A stretch of DNA of 64,000 nucleotides from Bacteroidetes bacterium 2013_40CM_41_45 (lineage in GTDB: Bacteria > Bacteroidota > Bacteroidia > AKYH767-A > 2013-40CM-41-45): contig NGFH01000002.1 of the NCBI GenBank assembly GCA_002215675.1, positions 221,887 through 285,886 of the forward strand, written 5' to 3'. This document shows positions 10,606-20,838 of this stretch, one piece after another. The translations under genes were made by a program, and so were the position numbers. Below the pieces are notes generated by a model that worked only from the letters and a program-made list of their open reading frames with translations, searched no databases and was not told where the DNA came from. The first letter of the stretch is position 1. Each line of letters begins with the position of its first letter.

Positions 10606-11211
10606 TTAATTCTTATGTTTATCAATGAGCTTATATCCTTTTAGTGTGACAATACCATAGAGGAAGTGTTCGAGAAGCTGAATATGAACGTCAGCAATAT
10701 CAAATTCTTTGGGAGAAAAAACCTGGGTGTCAAGCGCCCATTCTGCTTCTTTCATCCGCAGCAGCGCAAGGATGCGCGGGTTTAATCCGGGGCGGTACAA
10801 TTCTTCCCTGATTCCTCTTCGTATATTTTTCTGCATCACCTTTACAATGCACTCTTCTTTAAAATTGCTGAATAGTTTCCATGCATTGGGGTGATATTTT
10901 TGCAAGTCATAAATAAGGTAACGGTTCATTTTTGAAAACATCACTGAAAGATATTTTATGATGCCCAGCATTTCTTCAACGGCATTCTGCGTTTTCCCGG
11001 AAATTTTTTCGAGGTCGCCCTGCTGCGATTCGAATTCTTTTCCCGTTAGGCTGCAAACCAGCTTATCCTTGTCTTCAAAAAAACTGTAAATAGTTTTCTT
11101 AGACATGCCCAGGTGCCCGGCAATATCATCCATCGTTACACTCTTGATTCCGTATTGAAAAAACAAATCGTGCGCAGAATCCAGTATCCGTTCTTCGGTG
11201 TTATTAATCAT
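10606..11211 (-). CDS. TetR/AcrR family transcriptional regulator
   Basis: N-terminal HTH RILDSAHDLFFQYGIKSVTMDDIAGHLGMSKKTIYSFF; heads the efflux operon. Confidence 0.85.
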   Translation of the reverse strand: MINNTEERILDSAHDLFFQYGIKSVTMDDIAGHLGMSKKTIYSFFEDKDKLVCSLTGKEFESQQGDLEKISGKTQNAVEEMLGIIKYLSVMFSKMNRYLIYDLQKYHPNAWKLFSNFKEECIVKVMQKNIRRGIREELYRPGLNPRILALLRMKEAEWALDTQVFSPKEFDIADVHIQLLEHFLYGIVTLKGYKLIDKHKN

Positions 11212-11369
11212 TTAATTTAAAAAGTATATTATGATTTGGGGCGGCAAAACTATGGAAACTTTTTTTTGATGCAAAGTTTCCTGAAAATTTTATCTGCCTG
11301 TAAATCAGAATAAAAGATGCTCTTAATCTTTCCTTTACATTTGTATAACAATCCTAAGCCCTACCCCTG

Positions 11370-11684
11370 ATGAAACCAGCCAAACTATTTTTTGCTGTTG
11401 GCATTGCTCTTATTTTTTTCTCCTGTAATAAGGATGATAATCAAGTAGCGAATGCGGTTGCATGCTTCACGGTGGATGCAATAGAAAGTACGGACTCAGC
11501 CCATACTTTTCTTTTCGACCAATGTCCGCCCGCTTATGATTTGTCGTACTGGGATTTTAATGACGGGCAGTATTCTTCCAATCCTAATCCTTCGCATGTC
11601 TTCAATCATTACGGAACGTATAATGTAAAACTCACCGTGACTAATCAGCCGGTCAATCGAATTCTGTTACAAAGACAATTATAA
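11370..11684 (+). CDS. PKD-domain lipoprotein (possibly frameshifted; homologous reading continues in another frame to ~12010)
   Basis: Lipoprotein signal FFSC, PKD motifs WDFNDGQ...HVFNHYGTYNVKLTVTN; stop inside the domain, downstream frame (11645-12010) stays open and protein-like. Confidence 0.5.
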   Translation: MKPAKLFFAVGIALIFFSCNKDDNQVANAVACFTVDAIESTDSAHTFLFDQCPPAYDLSYWDFNDGQYSSNPNPSHVFNHYGTYNVKLTVTNQPVNRILLQRQL

Positions 11685-12116
11685 TAGCTCTCGATACAAC
11701 TCATGTAAATTTTTATGCTGTTGCTAAACATCATGGCGTAACTATTCCTTCGCAGAGTTTTTATCCTGACACACTTTTCCTGAAATACCACGCCACCAAT
11801 TTCCCGTCTTCGCTTGCTGCTTTTGATACTTTTTATGTGGGCATTCCCGGAGACACTTTTGTTTACTTCAGAATACATCAACCCGATTCGATGTTTATCT
11901 ATATGACAGGGTGGGATACTATTATCAGCATGCAGGTAGTGGGCGGAATGCCGTACACAACTACTGCTGATACCGGAAGCATTCACCTCAATGTTCCGGT
12001 AACAGAATAATAATCCGACTGAGCTTATATTCATCATCATGATAGAATAAGGCGACACTTTCCGCTATCTTTGCACGCCCAATTCGCAAATTCATAAAGA
12101 TTTCGCTATTCATACC

Positions 12117-13928
12117 ATGCAGAGCATCAGAAATATCGCCATTATAGCCCACGTAGACCACGGAAAAACCACGTTGGTTGACCGCATTCTTCAGCAAACC
12201 AAAGTATTCCGTGACAACCAGGACATGGGAGAACTCATCCTTGATAGCAACGACCTTGAGCGCGAACGCGGTATTACCATTGTTGCAAAAAATGTTTCGG
12301 TCACATATAAAGACGTTAAGATAAATATCATAGACACTCCCGGCCACGCTGATTTTGGCGGAGAAGTGGAACGCGTGCTCACTATGGCTGATGGAGTTCT
12401 TTTGCTTGTGGATGCTTTTGAAGGGCCGATGCCGCAAACGCGTTTTGTTTTGCAGAAGGCGCTCAACCTGGGGCTCAGACCCATCCTTGTCATCAACAAA
12501 GTGGATAAGCCCAACTGTCGTCCTGACGAGGTGCACGAAGCTGCGTTTGATTTGTTCTACCACCTGGATGCGACAGAAGACCAACTGAACTTTCCAACCA
12601 TCTATGGCTCATCAAAACACGGCTGGATGGGTACCGACTGGAACAATCCCACCGAAGACATCACTGTTCTTCTCGACACCATTTTAAGTTATGTGCCGGC
12701 TGCACCGCACCATGATGGCACACCGCAGATGCTGATTTCATCGCTCGACTATTCAACGTTTGTCGGGCGCATTGCCATCGGCAGATTATATAGGGGAATA
12801 CTGAAAGAGAACATGCCTGTGTCACTAGTGAAGCGTGATGGCGCCATTTCCAAATCGCGCATCAAAGAACTTTTTGTGTTTGAAGGGTTGGGAAGAAAAA
12901 AAGTTTCTGAAGTAACCTCGGGAGAAATATGTGCTATTGTGGGTTTGGAGAATTTTGAAATCACTGATACAGTTGCTGACTTTGAAAATCCGCAGGGACT
13001 TAAAACCATTCCTATAGACGAGCCTACCATGAGTATGTTGTTTACCATCAACACATCTCCGTTCTATGGCAAAGACGGCAGGTTTGTAACGTCACGAAAT
13101 CTGCGCGACCGGTTGTACAAGGAAACGGAAAAAAATCTTGCGCTCAAAGTTGAAGACACTTCTTCTCCCGATTCATATACCGTTTATGGGCGCGGCATAT
13201 TGCATCTTTCTATATTGATTGAAACCATGCGCAGGGAAGGTTATGAATTGCAAGTGGGACAGCCGCAAGTAATCATTAAAGAAATTGACGGGCACAAATG
13301 TGAACCGGTTGAAACGCTTATTGTTGATACACCTGCTGATGTTGCCGGAAAAGTAATTGAGCTTGTGACACAGAAAAAGGGAGAACTCCTGGTGATGGAA
13401 CCGAAAGGTGATTTACAACATTTGGAATTTGAAATTCCATCGCGCGGATTGATTGGCTTGCGCAATGCAGTGCTTACGGTTACCGCAGGCGAAGCGATAA
13501 TGGGACATCGTTTTAAAGAATACCAGCCGCTGAAAGGAAATATTCCCGGAAGAATTAATGGTGTACTTATTTCGGGTGAAACGGGTTCGGCAACAGCTTA
13601 CTCCATTGATAAACTGCAAGAGCGCGGAAGATTTTTTATTGACCCGGGAGATGTAATTTATTCAGGCCAGGTGATTGGAGAGCAAATTCGCCCGGGCGAC
13701 CTTGTGGTGAATGTGATTAAAGCAAAACAGCTTACCAACATGCGCGCTACCGGAAGCGATGAGAATGTTCGCATTACTCCTAAAATAAATTTCTCTCTCG
13801 AAGAAGCGATGGAGTACATCGAGAACGATGAATACCTTGAAGTAACTCCTAAAGCATTACGTCTCCGTAAAATTTATCTTGACGAACACGAAAGGAAGAG
13901 GAGAAGTAAAAAAGAAGTAGCCGGCTGA
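12117..13928 (+). CDS. typA: translational GTPase TypA/BipA
   Basis: IRNIAIIAHVDHGKTTLVD G1 motif, DTPGHADF, NKVDKP; 603 aa. Confidence 0.95.
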   Translation: MQSIRNIAIIAHVDHGKTTLVDRILQQTKVFRDNQDMGELILDSNDLERERGITIVAKNVSVTYKDVKINIIDTPGHADFGGEVERVLTMADGVLLLVDAFEGPMPQTRFVLQKALNLGLRPILVINKVDKPNCRPDEVHEAAFDLFYHLDATEDQLNFPTIYGSSKHGWMGTDWNNPTEDITVLLDTILSYVPAAPHHDGTPQMLISSLDYSTFVGRIAIGRLYRGILKENMPVSLVKRDGAISKSRIKELFVFEGLGRKKVSEVTSGEICAIVGLENFEITDTVADFENPQGLKTIPIDEPTMSMLFTINTSPFYGKDGRFVTSRNLRDRLYKETEKNLALKVEDTSSPDSYTVYGRGILHLSILIETMRREGYELQVGQPQVIIKEIDGHKCEPVETLIVDTPADVAGKVIELVTQKKGELLVMEPKGDLQHLEFEIPSRGLIGLRNAVLTVTAGEAIMGHRFKEYQPLKGNIPGRINGVLISGETGSATAYSIDKLQERGRFFIDPGDVIYSGQVIGEQIRPGDLVVNVIKAKQLTNMRATGSDENVRITPKINFSLEEAMEYIENDEYLEVTPKALRLRKIYLDEHERKRRSKKEVAG

Positions 13929-13932
13929 AAAA

Positions 13933-16584
13933 CTACGCGTTCACATTCGGGATATCTTCTTTTGCGATTTCAAAGTTGTCTTCTTCCTCTTTGTATTTCA
14001 TAATCTGTTCCAGCGCATCGGGAACTACATCGCTGCAGATTACGATGAAAGAATTTTTCTTTGCACTGCGGATGGCAAAATCAATGGCTTCGCTTTCTTT
14101 GGAAAAAATATGAATAGGTTTCTGAGGACCTGCTTTCTTAATTCCGCTCTTCAGCAAACCAACAATTTCTTCCTCCGTTCTTCCGCGCAGGTTTTTATCC
14201 TGGCGGATGATGATTTCATCAAACATTTCTGCTGCCAGCGCACCTAAGCTTATGGTATCTTCATCGCGCCTGTCGCCAACGCCTGCAATGATGCCGACTT
14301 TACGCGACGCTTCCGTCTTCTCCAGGAATTTTCCAATCGCCTGGAAGCCGGCCGGGTTGTGCGCATAATCTACCATGACCGTAAAGTTTTTGAACTGGAA
14401 TAAATTCATTCGTCCCGGTGTTTGCGTAGGTGATGGAATAAATGTTTCCAATGCAAGGCGCATATCTTCCACTTTAAAACCACGTACAAAACCTGCAAGC
14501 ACAGCAGGTAATACATTCTGAATCATAAATGCCGCCTTACCTGAAAATGTAAGCGGAATGTTCACCACTTTGTCTACGCGTATTTTCCACAGTCCTTTGC
14601 AAATAGTGATGTAGCCGTTTTCAACGATAGCAGCAATGCCTCCCGCCTCGCAATGTTTTTTTATGCGCTTGCTGTTTTCATCCATGCTGAAGAGCGCCAC
14701 GTTGCATTCAAGATTTTTTCTCATCTCGTAAACCAAATCATCATCGGCATTTAAAATTGCATATCCCGAAGACAATACACTTTCGACAACTACGGCTTTC
14801 ACCCGCGCCATTTCTTCAACCGTGTTGATGTCTTTCAATCCAAGATGGTCTGCCGCAACGTTGGTAACAATTCCAACGTCACAATTATGAAAACCAAGAC
14901 CGGCTTTCAGAATTCCTCCGCGCGCGCATTCGAGAATGGCATAATCCACCGTTGGGTCTTTAAGAACAAATTCCGTGCTGAGCGGGCCCGTACAATCACC
15001 GCGCTCCACCATGCGGTTCTGAATATAAATTCCGTCTGTTGTGGTAAAGCCGGGCTTATGTCCCATCGTTTTTACAATGTGAGCGATGAGACGTGTAGTA
15101 GTTGTCTTGCCATTCGTTCCCGTTACAGCAATGATGGGGATGCGTGCTGTAGTTCCCGGAGGATATAGCATATCCACTACCGGCTCTGCAACATTACGTG
15201 CAATTCCTTCAGCAGGGGAGACGTGCATACGGAAACCGGGAGCGGCATTCACCTCGAGCACAGCTCCGTTGTTTTCATAAAGCGGAACGCTTATGTCCGG
15301 TGTCATGATATCAATGCCGCATATGTCAAGGTTGATGATTCTTGCAATGCGTTCAGCCATGAAAACATTATCGGGATGAACAATATCTGTGACATCGGTT
15401 GATGTTCCGCCCGTGCTCAAGTTAGCAGTACGCTTCAGGTACAGCGGTTCTCCCTTTTTCAAGACGGTTTCCAACTTGAGATTTTTTTCTTCCAGGATTT
15501 GCTTTGTCATGTCGTCCACTTTAATTGCCGTAAGAACTTTTTCATGACCGTATCCTCTCCGCGGGTCGCTGTTTACGATTTCAATTAATTCATAGATGGT
15601 TGATTTGCCATCTCCCGTTACCATAGCAGGCGTCCGTTTTGCTCCTGCAACAAATTTGAAATTCACGACCAACAGGCGATGGTCCAGGCCGGTGATAAAT
15701 TTTTCAATAATCACACCGCGCGAAATTTTTTTCGCGATGGCAAGAGCAGCAACCGCCTCTTCCCAACTCTTTATATTAATGGTAGCGCCACGTCCGTGGT
15801 TTCCTCCAACCGGTTTTACTACCAGCGGATAGCCGATACGGTGAATCGCTGACACCAGATCTTCTTCATCATAAACAACCCTGCCGCGCGGAACGGGAAT
15901 AGACATTGCTTCAAGCAGATTTTTTGTCTCTTCTTTGTCGCAGGCAATTTCAACGGCTATGCTGCTGGTAGTGCTTGCAACAGTTGCCTGTATACGATGC
16001 TGATTTACTCCATAACCGAGCTGCACCAGGGAATGCCTGTTGAGACGGATCCAAGGAATACCTCTTGATTTAGCTTCATCCACAATAGAACCCGTAGACG
16101 GACCGAGGCGCTCATCTTCGCGTATCTCGCGCATAGTCTGAATGTCTTCAGCAAGGTCATACTCTTTTCCGTCGGTCAATGCCTCAGCAATTCTCACCGC
16201 TGCCTTTGCTGCGTACGCACCAACTTTTTCTTCCATGTAATCGAACACCACGTTGTACATACCGAGCTGTGCCGTGCTGCGTGTTCTGCCGAAACCGCAG
16301 TCCATACCGGCAAGCGTTTGTATCTCCAGCGCAATATGTTCAATCACGTGGCCTATCCATGTGCCTTCGCGTACGCGGTGAAAAAATCCTCCTGCGAAAT
16401 CTTCAGAACAGCGGTGCTCAAACATGCCGGGAAACATTTTTTCCAAACGCTCGGGGAAGCCGGGAATTTTGTTGGTCGGCCTTTGCTCCATGTCTTCAAT
16501 GTCAAGCTTCATTACAATAAGCTTGTGCCTGCGTATGCTCCAGTAGTTAGGGCCGCGCATGGCGCGTATGTCAAGGATTTTCAT
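13933..16584 (-). CDS. cphA: cyanophycin synthetase
   Basis: 883 aa; N-term MKILDIRAMRGPNYWSIRRHKLIVMKLD... characteristic of CphA, ATP-grasp middle, Mur-ligase-like C-terminal half (TGTNGKTTTTRLIAH). Confidence 0.85.
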   Translation of the reverse strand: MKILDIRAMRGPNYWSIRRHKLIVMKLDIEDMEQRPTNKIPGFPERLEKMFPGMFEHRCSEDFAGGFFHRVREGTWIGHVIEHIALEIQTLAGMDCGFGRTRSTAQLGMYNVVFDYMEEKVGAYAAKAAVRIAEALTDGKEYDLAEDIQTMREIREDERLGPSTGSIVDEAKSRGIPWIRLNRHSLVQLGYGVNQHRIQATVASTTSSIAVEIACDKEETKNLLEAMSIPVPRGRVVYDEEDLVSAIHRIGYPLVVKPVGGNHGRGATINIKSWEEAVAALAIAKKISRGVIIEKFITGLDHRLLVVNFKFVAGAKRTPAMVTGDGKSTIYELIEIVNSDPRRGYGHEKVLTAIKVDDMTKQILEEKNLKLETVLKKGEPLYLKRTANLSTGGTSTDVTDIVHPDNVFMAERIARIINLDICGIDIMTPDISVPLYENNGAVLEVNAAPGFRMHVSPAEGIARNVAEPVVDMLYPPGTTARIPIIAVTGTNGKTTTTRLIAHIVKTMGHKPGFTTTDGIYIQNRMVERGDCTGPLSTEFVLKDPTVDYAILECARGGILKAGLGFHNCDVGIVTNVAADHLGLKDINTVEEMARVKAVVVESVLSSGYAILNADDDLVYEMRKNLECNVALFSMDENSKRIKKHCEAGGIAAIVENGYITICKGLWKIRVDKVVNIPLTFSGKAAFMIQNVLPAVLAGFVRGFKVEDMRLALETFIPSPTQTPGRMNLFQFKNFTVMVDYAHNPAGFQAIGKFLEKTEASRKVGIIAGVGDRRDEDTISLGALAAEMFDEIIIRQDKNLRGRTEEEIVGLLKSGIKKAGPQKPIHIFSKESEAIDFAIRSAKKNSFIVICSDVVPDALEQIMKYKEEEDNFEIAKEDIPNVNA

Positions 16585-16713
16585 AAAATATTTTACGAAA
16601 AATGAATGGTGAAAGTAGGGAGAAATAGGGAAACGGAAAATTAGTAAACCGGAAGTAAGTTTTTCCGCATTTTCATCAAGTTACAGGGTAACAGCTCTTG
16701 TATTATTACTCCC

Positions 16714-16950
16714 GTGAGCCTGGCTTCTTTCTGGAAACTCAATTTAGCAGAACGCGCTGAACTTTTGTGGAACAAAGCAACGTTTGTGACATCAGCTTTA
16801 TGCTTTGACCATCGCATCAACCTGTATTATTGGAACGGAAACTTTATCGAAGTCTGGTATGATTCATCGAAAAATAAAATCACCAAAATCACTCCGATGA
16901 AAAACATAAGACTTTTCAAAGGGCATTTTAAATGGAATAAAAAGCCTTAA
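16714..16950 (+). CDS. hypothetical small protein (GTG start, weak)
   Basis: 78-aa ORF in cphA/ilvE intergenic region; no recognisable motif. Confidence 0.15.
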   Translation: MSLASFWKLNLAERAELLWNKATFVTSALCFDHRINLYYWNGNFIEVWYDSSKNKITKITPMKNIRLFKGHFKWNKKP

Positions 16951-17060
16951 AACAATCAGATAATAAGAAAAACAAGGCATTAAAGGGGCCTGTTGATGAA
17001 AAAACCAAGTAGATTACCAGAGAGAAAAGGAAAAAGTACCTTTGCGTCAATCCTAATTTT

Positions 17061-18095
17061 ATGGCACAAGATGTAACACTTGCAACAAGCAATACTGCTG
17101 CAGCGGCAACCTTTGGCATGCAGCCCACAAGCCACATGTATATGGCTGAATATAAAAATGGCTCATGGCACACTGGCCAGTTGCAGGACTTTCATAAAAT
17201 CTCGCTCAGTCCCTTTGCACTTTGCTTCCATTACGGGCAAACTATTTTTGAGGGGATGAAAGCGTTCCGTATGAAAGACGGGCGGCTCAATATTTTCCGT
17301 CCCGAAAAACATTTTGAACGCATTAATGCATCGCTCTCGCGCATGCAAATGCCTGAATTATCGTACGAGCTGTTTTTGAACGGCATTAGGGAAGTTGTGC
17401 AGGCAGACAAAGATTGGTTTGAAAAAGACAGCGACCAGGCTCTTTACTTGCGCCCGCTTGTAATTGCATCGGAAGAGCGGCTGGGCGTAAAAGTTTCTGA
17501 AGAATATTTGTTCATTGTGATGGCAAGCCCAGCCGGAAAATATTTTGTAAATCCTATTAAATCGAAAGTGGAAACCACTTATACCCGTGCTTTTGAAGGT
17601 GGACCGGGTTATGCCAAGTGCGGTGGAAATTATGGTGCTGCTTTTTATCCCGCTCATCTCGCCCGCCTGCAGGGTTTTGACCAGGTAATATGGACCGACG
17701 GAATGGAACATGAATACATTGAAGAGGCAGGCGCCATGAACGTGATGCTTGTAGTGGATGGCACGCTGATGACGCCTGAATTATCCGGAACTATACTGGA
17801 CGGCATTACACGCGATTCCCTTCTCACTCTTGCGGCAAAAAAAGGAATTAAAACAGAAGTGCGCAGAATATCCATAACTGAACTTGAGAAGTGGTTTAAA
17901 GAGGGAAAGAAAGTGGAAGTATTTGGCGCAGGCACGGCTGCGGTGGTGGCGCCCATTAAAAGCCTTGACATTAAGGGAAATAAATATTCACCCTACATGG
18001 GCGATGATGCTACCATGTTTGTTCTTAAAAAAGAATTGAACGATATTAAGTACGGCCTCAATAAAGATGAGTGGGGCTGGAATTATATTTTGTAA
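17061..18095 (+). CDS. ilvE: branched-chain amino acid aminotransferase
   Basis: 344 aa; FG.QPTSHMYMAEY, class IV PLP-dependent aminotransferase pattern, ..EAGAMNVMLVVDG.. Confidence 0.9.
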   Translation: MAQDVTLATSNTAAAATFGMQPTSHMYMAEYKNGSWHTGQLQDFHKISLSPFALCFHYGQTIFEGMKAFRMKDGRLNIFRPEKHFERINASLSRMQMPELSYELFLNGIREVVQADKDWFEKDSDQALYLRPLVIASEERLGVKVSEEYLFIVMASPAGKYFVNPIKSKVETTYTRAFEGGPGYAKCGGNYGAAFYPAHLARLQGFDQVIWTDGMEHEYIEEAGAMNVMLVVDGTLMTPELSGTILDGITRDSLLTLAAKKGIKTEVRRISITELEKWFKEGKKVEVFGAGTAAVVAPIKSLDIKGNKYSPYMGDDATMFVLKKELNDIKYGLNKDEWGWNYIL

Positions 18096-18125
18096 AAAAC
18101 GTCAGACATCCAACGTCAGACAATT

Positions 18126-19046
18126 TTATCTCACCTTTTCTCTCTCCACCTGGAAGATTTCTCTTGTAGCGGCATCAGAAACAAAAGCAACAATATGGCA
18201 CTGGTCAATATTTAAAGCGGGGTTGACGGGATTAATGGCAGTTATATTCAAGAGGTTTAGCGTGAACGGGCTGGTAACAGAATCGTCTACGGCAGCGCTG
18301 CCTGTGAAAATCTGGTCACCTAACGGATCGGTAGTGATGGCTCCTCTCAAAACATGCCGGTGAACATAATCCGGAATATTTTGTGGAACATGCGGAGGAT
18401 ACCAAACCTGCCAGTCAACAACGCTGTCTTCTGTAAGCACAACAGTTAAGTTATAAGCACCGCTCACTGCCTGCAGAACTTTCACTTTCACATTGCAGTT
18501 GAGATTGCCCGAGGTAGAATCATACGCATTGATGATTTCAATTTTAAATTTTGCCGGCTGATGGTAAATGGATTGCGCTGCCGTTGCCCAGGCGCCTGGT
18601 AATTTCACCTGTGCGCTTGTAGGATAATCAATGCGGCTTACCATTCCGTTCGGATTTGCAGTCACATTGAAATCAGTGAGCCATATTTCGCCTACAGGAG
18701 TTCTGAAGTCAGTACCAAACGAACCCACAGGCGCCCCCGCAGGATATGATGCCGGAGGAGTGGTATTAGTGAAAGTACTGCCCGGACTTGCATGCACACC
18801 GATGGAGATAAGTTCTTCGCCATAAAGAGGAACAAGAGTGCTGTATAATGTTACGGCTGCCGGAGGACACGTTCCGCAACGAAAGCCGGTATAATCTTCA
18901 ATTAGAATTTTCCTGAATATGGTATCAGAGTTGTTTTGATTTCCTCCCGATGCTTGTTTATACGGCGGGTCAACCTTATCGCACGATACGAACAAAACCA
19001 AAGCAGCAGCAATGGCGAACAAGTACGCAGAGAATCTTTTTATCAT
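18126..19046 (-). CDS. Omp28-related outer membrane lipoprotein with thioredoxin-like CxxC (CGTC)
   Basis: Lipoprotein signal LFVSCDK, ..EDYTGFRCGTCP.. motif, last gene of TlpA-DUF6029-Omp28 operon. Confidence 0.55.
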   Translation of the reverse strand: MIKRFSAYLFAIAAALVLFVSCDKVDPPYKQASGGNQNNSDTIFRKILIEDYTGFRCGTCPPAAVTLYSTLVPLYGEELISIGVHASPGSTFTNTTPPASYPAGAPVGSFGTDFRTPVGEIWLTDFNVTANPNGMVSRIDYPTSAQVKLPGAWATAAQSIYHQPAKFKIEIINAYDSTSGNLNCNVKVKVLQAVSGAYNLTVVLTEDSVVDWQVWYPPHVPQNIPDYVHRHVLRGAITTDPLGDQIFTGSAAVDDSVTSPFTLNLLNITAINPVNPALNIDQCHIVAFVSDAATREIFQVEREKVR

Positions 19047-19058
19047 GACGTAAATTTA

Positions 19059-20711
19059 CTAAAAGCTGCTTGAGACCGAAAATATAATTCCGTTTGAAGC
19101 CGGAACGGTGCGGCAAACGCCTCCGACGCAAACTATTCCTGCGCGCTGTTTCCCATAACCGAGGCTGAAACGGTTGGCATTTTTTGTGAATGTAACGGTC
19201 CCCGTAAAATAATGTATGCGGTGGTCGGGGTCGTCATTACCGTAATTATACATATCGAAAGCGGCTATGGACCAATAGGGAGCAATGGTAAATTCCTCGA
19301 GCAGCATAGCCCAGCTTTTTTTATCATATCTGGTAAAGAGATGTTGCGCTTCGGTGCGAAGGGTTTTTTTAGAAGTTATTTTCCAGATGATTTCGGCAAC
19401 GCCCGTATGCGTGTAAAAAGTTCCGTAGCCGGGTGAACCCTGGATTACGTCTTTGTTGTAGACAATATAAACGTAATCGAAAATACCCTTCACCTTGCTG
19501 CTGAACTTGTGTGTTACTTCAACATTAAAATCCTCGAAGTACAGTTGATCGCCTACTTTTAAAAAGTCGGAGCGGTAACCTTCTGTTCCCGACACTCCGA
19601 TTACATTGGTGTCTGACGGGGTCGTTCTGTCAATGGAATTCGCCCGTGAATAATTAAAAGCAACATCGGTTCCGTATTTTCCACCCAGTGGTTTCTGCGG
19701 TTTTATTTTGAGAAATAATTCCGCTTGCATTCCCATTTCTCCATTGGGCTGTGTTGCATACGGATACAAAGCGCACAACGCATAGGTATGATTGCGTGTC
19801 ATGGCAGGGAGATAATTGATAAGTAAATCGTTCACAGAAGCCGAGCGGTCGGAACGGAAATTCATATTGTCAATGCGTTTGCCTGCGAGGGTAAAACCAA
19901 AGCCCGGCTTGGAGTAACCCAGATTTACAATCAAGGCTTCACCGTCCTTATATATGAATGAATTATTAAAGGAAGGGTCATTTATTTTATGAGCATATTC
20001 TGCATTAAGCGAATAATTGCCGCGCTGAATATTTATTCTGCCCGAACCCGCTCCCACATTTTCGGGAAGAATGTAAATAGGGTCTTCATCTTTCTGAAAC
20101 TTGCTTACAAAGCTTCCGCCCAGAATAATTCTTGTTTTTGCATCGGCCATTTTTTTGAACGTTTCATTGAGTGACACTTCCGCATCGGCACCACGCACAA
20201 TGCCGGGGCCAAGGGCAAAATATAAACGCTGTTTTCCGGCAAGCGCCTTCAGCGTTATTCCGGGACGGGGCGTATAAGCAATGCGCAATCCTTCAAATGC
20301 GTTATCAAGGCCAAGCCCACGCTCCTCATAGGAACGAAGAAGAATTCCGCTGCCAAATTGCTCGTAGAAATTTCCGACCGTCACATCCAGGCCGTCATTA
20401 TTATAACGGAGAAAACGATACGGGATTCCACTGCCCGTATAACGCGGGTCAAAACCCAAGAGGGGATTGAGATAACTTTCATATCGGAGGCCGGCAGAAA
20501 AATTTCCGCTTTCATAAATGAAGTTAGCAAAACCATTCATCAGCATTTTCTCCTTCACATCGGGAGCACCTATAAGTGAGTCGGGGCGATAGTATTGTGC
20601 ATCGAGTTGAAAATTCCCGTGTAATGCGCCGCCACTTTGTGCAAAACAATAAGCGGCCAAAAAGAAATAAAATATAAAAAGCAGTAATTTTTTTTTCATA
20701 TCATCCGTCAA
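19059..20711 (-). CDS. outer-membrane beta-barrel protein, DUF6029-like
   Basis: 550 aa, signal peptide, alternating amphipathic beta strands, C-terminal aromatic residue (..SSSF). Confidence 0.5.
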   Translation of the reverse strand: MTDDMKKKLLLFIFYFFLAAYCFAQSGGALHGNFQLDAQYYRPDSLIGAPDVKEKMLMNGFANFIYESGNFSAGLRYESYLNPLLGFDPRYTGSGIPYRFLRYNNDGLDVTVGNFYEQFGSGILLRSYEERGLGLDNAFEGLRIAYTPRPGITLKALAGKQRLYFALGPGIVRGADAEVSLNETFKKMADAKTRIILGGSFVSKFQKDEDPIYILPENVGAGSGRINIQRGNYSLNAEYAHKINDPSFNNSFIYKDGEALIVNLGYSKPGFGFTLAGKRIDNMNFRSDRSASVNDLLINYLPAMTRNHTYALCALYPYATQPNGEMGMQAELFLKIKPQKPLGGKYGTDVAFNYSRANSIDRTTPSDTNVIGVSGTEGYRSDFLKVGDQLYFEDFNVEVTHKFSSKVKGIFDYVYIVYNKDVIQGSPGYGTFYTHTGVAEIIWKITSKKTLRTEAQHLFTRYDKKSWAMLLEEFTIAPYWSIAAFDMYNYGNDDPDHRIHYFTGTVTFTKNANRFSLGYGKQRAGIVCVGGVCRTVPASNGIIFSVSSSF

Positions 20712-20838
20712 AACAAAATCAAAAGATTATCGATAAGCCCCGGCGGCTTTCATTATTGCAACATTCCAACTCCCCATATCGTCAGAGATGCTCTATAAAA
20801 TAATGTTCAGTTAAAATTTATTTTCTGTATGAATAATA

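Noticed and set aside
11988-12584. 198-aa minus-strand ORF
   Set aside because: Lies entirely antisense within typA, which has unambiguous GTPase motifs; shadow ORF.
16585-17060. Possible small RNA or tRNA in the cphA-ilvE divergent intergenic region
   Set aside because: No cloverleaf-compatible stems or conserved tRNA boxes were recognisable by eye; left unannotated.
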